64,000 nt of DNA. Source: Felis catus (lineage: Eukaryota). Below the pieces are notes generated by a model. The model was given only the letters and a program-made list of their open reading frames with translations. It was not told the DNA's origin and ran no database searches. Positions 63,340 through 64,000 of the stretch are shown piece after piece; position 1 is the stretch's first letter; each line of letters starts with the position of its first letter. The DNA is taken from positions 68,574,001 to 68,638,000 of the forward strand of contig NC_058368.1 of assembly GCF_018350175.1 (NCBI RefSeq), given 5' to 3'. The translations under genes and the position numbers were made by a program.

Positions 63340-63560
63340 GCTGCTGGATCAGGACACGGGTCCCCCGGGAGCTGGCGCGATGTGACCAGACACGCTGGCG
63401 CGGGGTGGGCGTTCCGTCCAGCAGAGGGCAGCAGAGCTCGCCCGGGCGCTCCTCCCGCGGCCTCGCCGGCGAACAGGGAGCCATTGTGTTCCCCTTCGGG
63501 AAAGGCCTCGGGAGCGGTCCTTGCCGCGTGTTCTTTTCAGCGGAGGCATTTTTCCTGTCT
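63340..63560 (+). promoter_or_regulatory. small CpG-rich element with a CTCF motif
   Basis: gtCCAGCAGAGGGCAGc at 63416-63432 within a CpG cluster. Confidence 0.55.
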
Positions 63561-64000
63561 CGTTTCAGTGAGGACACAGTGTTTTGGCAACTGATATGTG
63601 GCCGGGTTTGGTTCGGTTTTGTCTGGTGGGGTGATCATTACATTTATTAGACGCCTCCCCGCCCTCCCCCCCATGTGCTTCAGGCACCATGCTGGGCACC
63701 TAAGGTTCAATATCACAGTCACCACCGATTTAGAGATGACAACTGTGTTCTTCAGATAAGTTGAGTAACGGGGAACAGACAAAGGCTCTTTCTAAAGAAA
63801 GAGGGAAGCAGGAGGTACTTTATTTTACTGTGTCTGGCCAACAGAGGAGACATTTATTAAATGTTCCGTGTAAGTGAGGCATTTTTGTACATGCAGGGGA
63901 ACGGCAAACAAGGCAAGTTCTTTGTCTTGACTGTGAAGATGGTACACATTTTTTTTTTTTCTCCTCTGAGCAACTGATTTGGGAGGAGGTGGGGCCTGTT

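Noticed and set aside
1..64000. CRISPR arrays, operons or other prokaryotic-type systems
   Set aside because: Eukaryotic sequence; no regularly spaced repeat-spacer array seen.

Overview
Mammalian (felid, judged from Can-SINE/SINEC_Fc and cat-type L1 3' ends) repeat-rich window with no intact protein-coding gene that I can support. About half is transposon-derived: 24 Can-SINEs, old L1M and carnivore L1 fragments, L2, MIR, MLT/LTR33 LTRs, and hAT/Tigger MITEs, several nested. Repeat families were recognised from memory of consensus sequences, so subfamily names and boundaries are approximate. The main finding is a likely decayed, intron-containing (unprocessed, possibly unitary) pseudogene of a DOK/FRS-like docking adaptor on the + strand. 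It has a CpG island with Sp1/NRF1 motifs and a frameshifted PH-fold first exon (17242-17582, GAG|GTGAGT donor). About 19 kb downstream, two splice-bounded segments (36250-36340, 36882-~37225) spell IRS-type PTB motifs in order, and a possible Tyr-rich tail exon starts at 42980. Also notable: a ~90 bp non-TE inverted copy (52671-52763 vs 55168-55260) with 12-bp direct repeats around one arm, a 47-bp duplication with a templated spacer, a tail-to-tail SINE pair inside a MER33, and several CTCF-like motifs.
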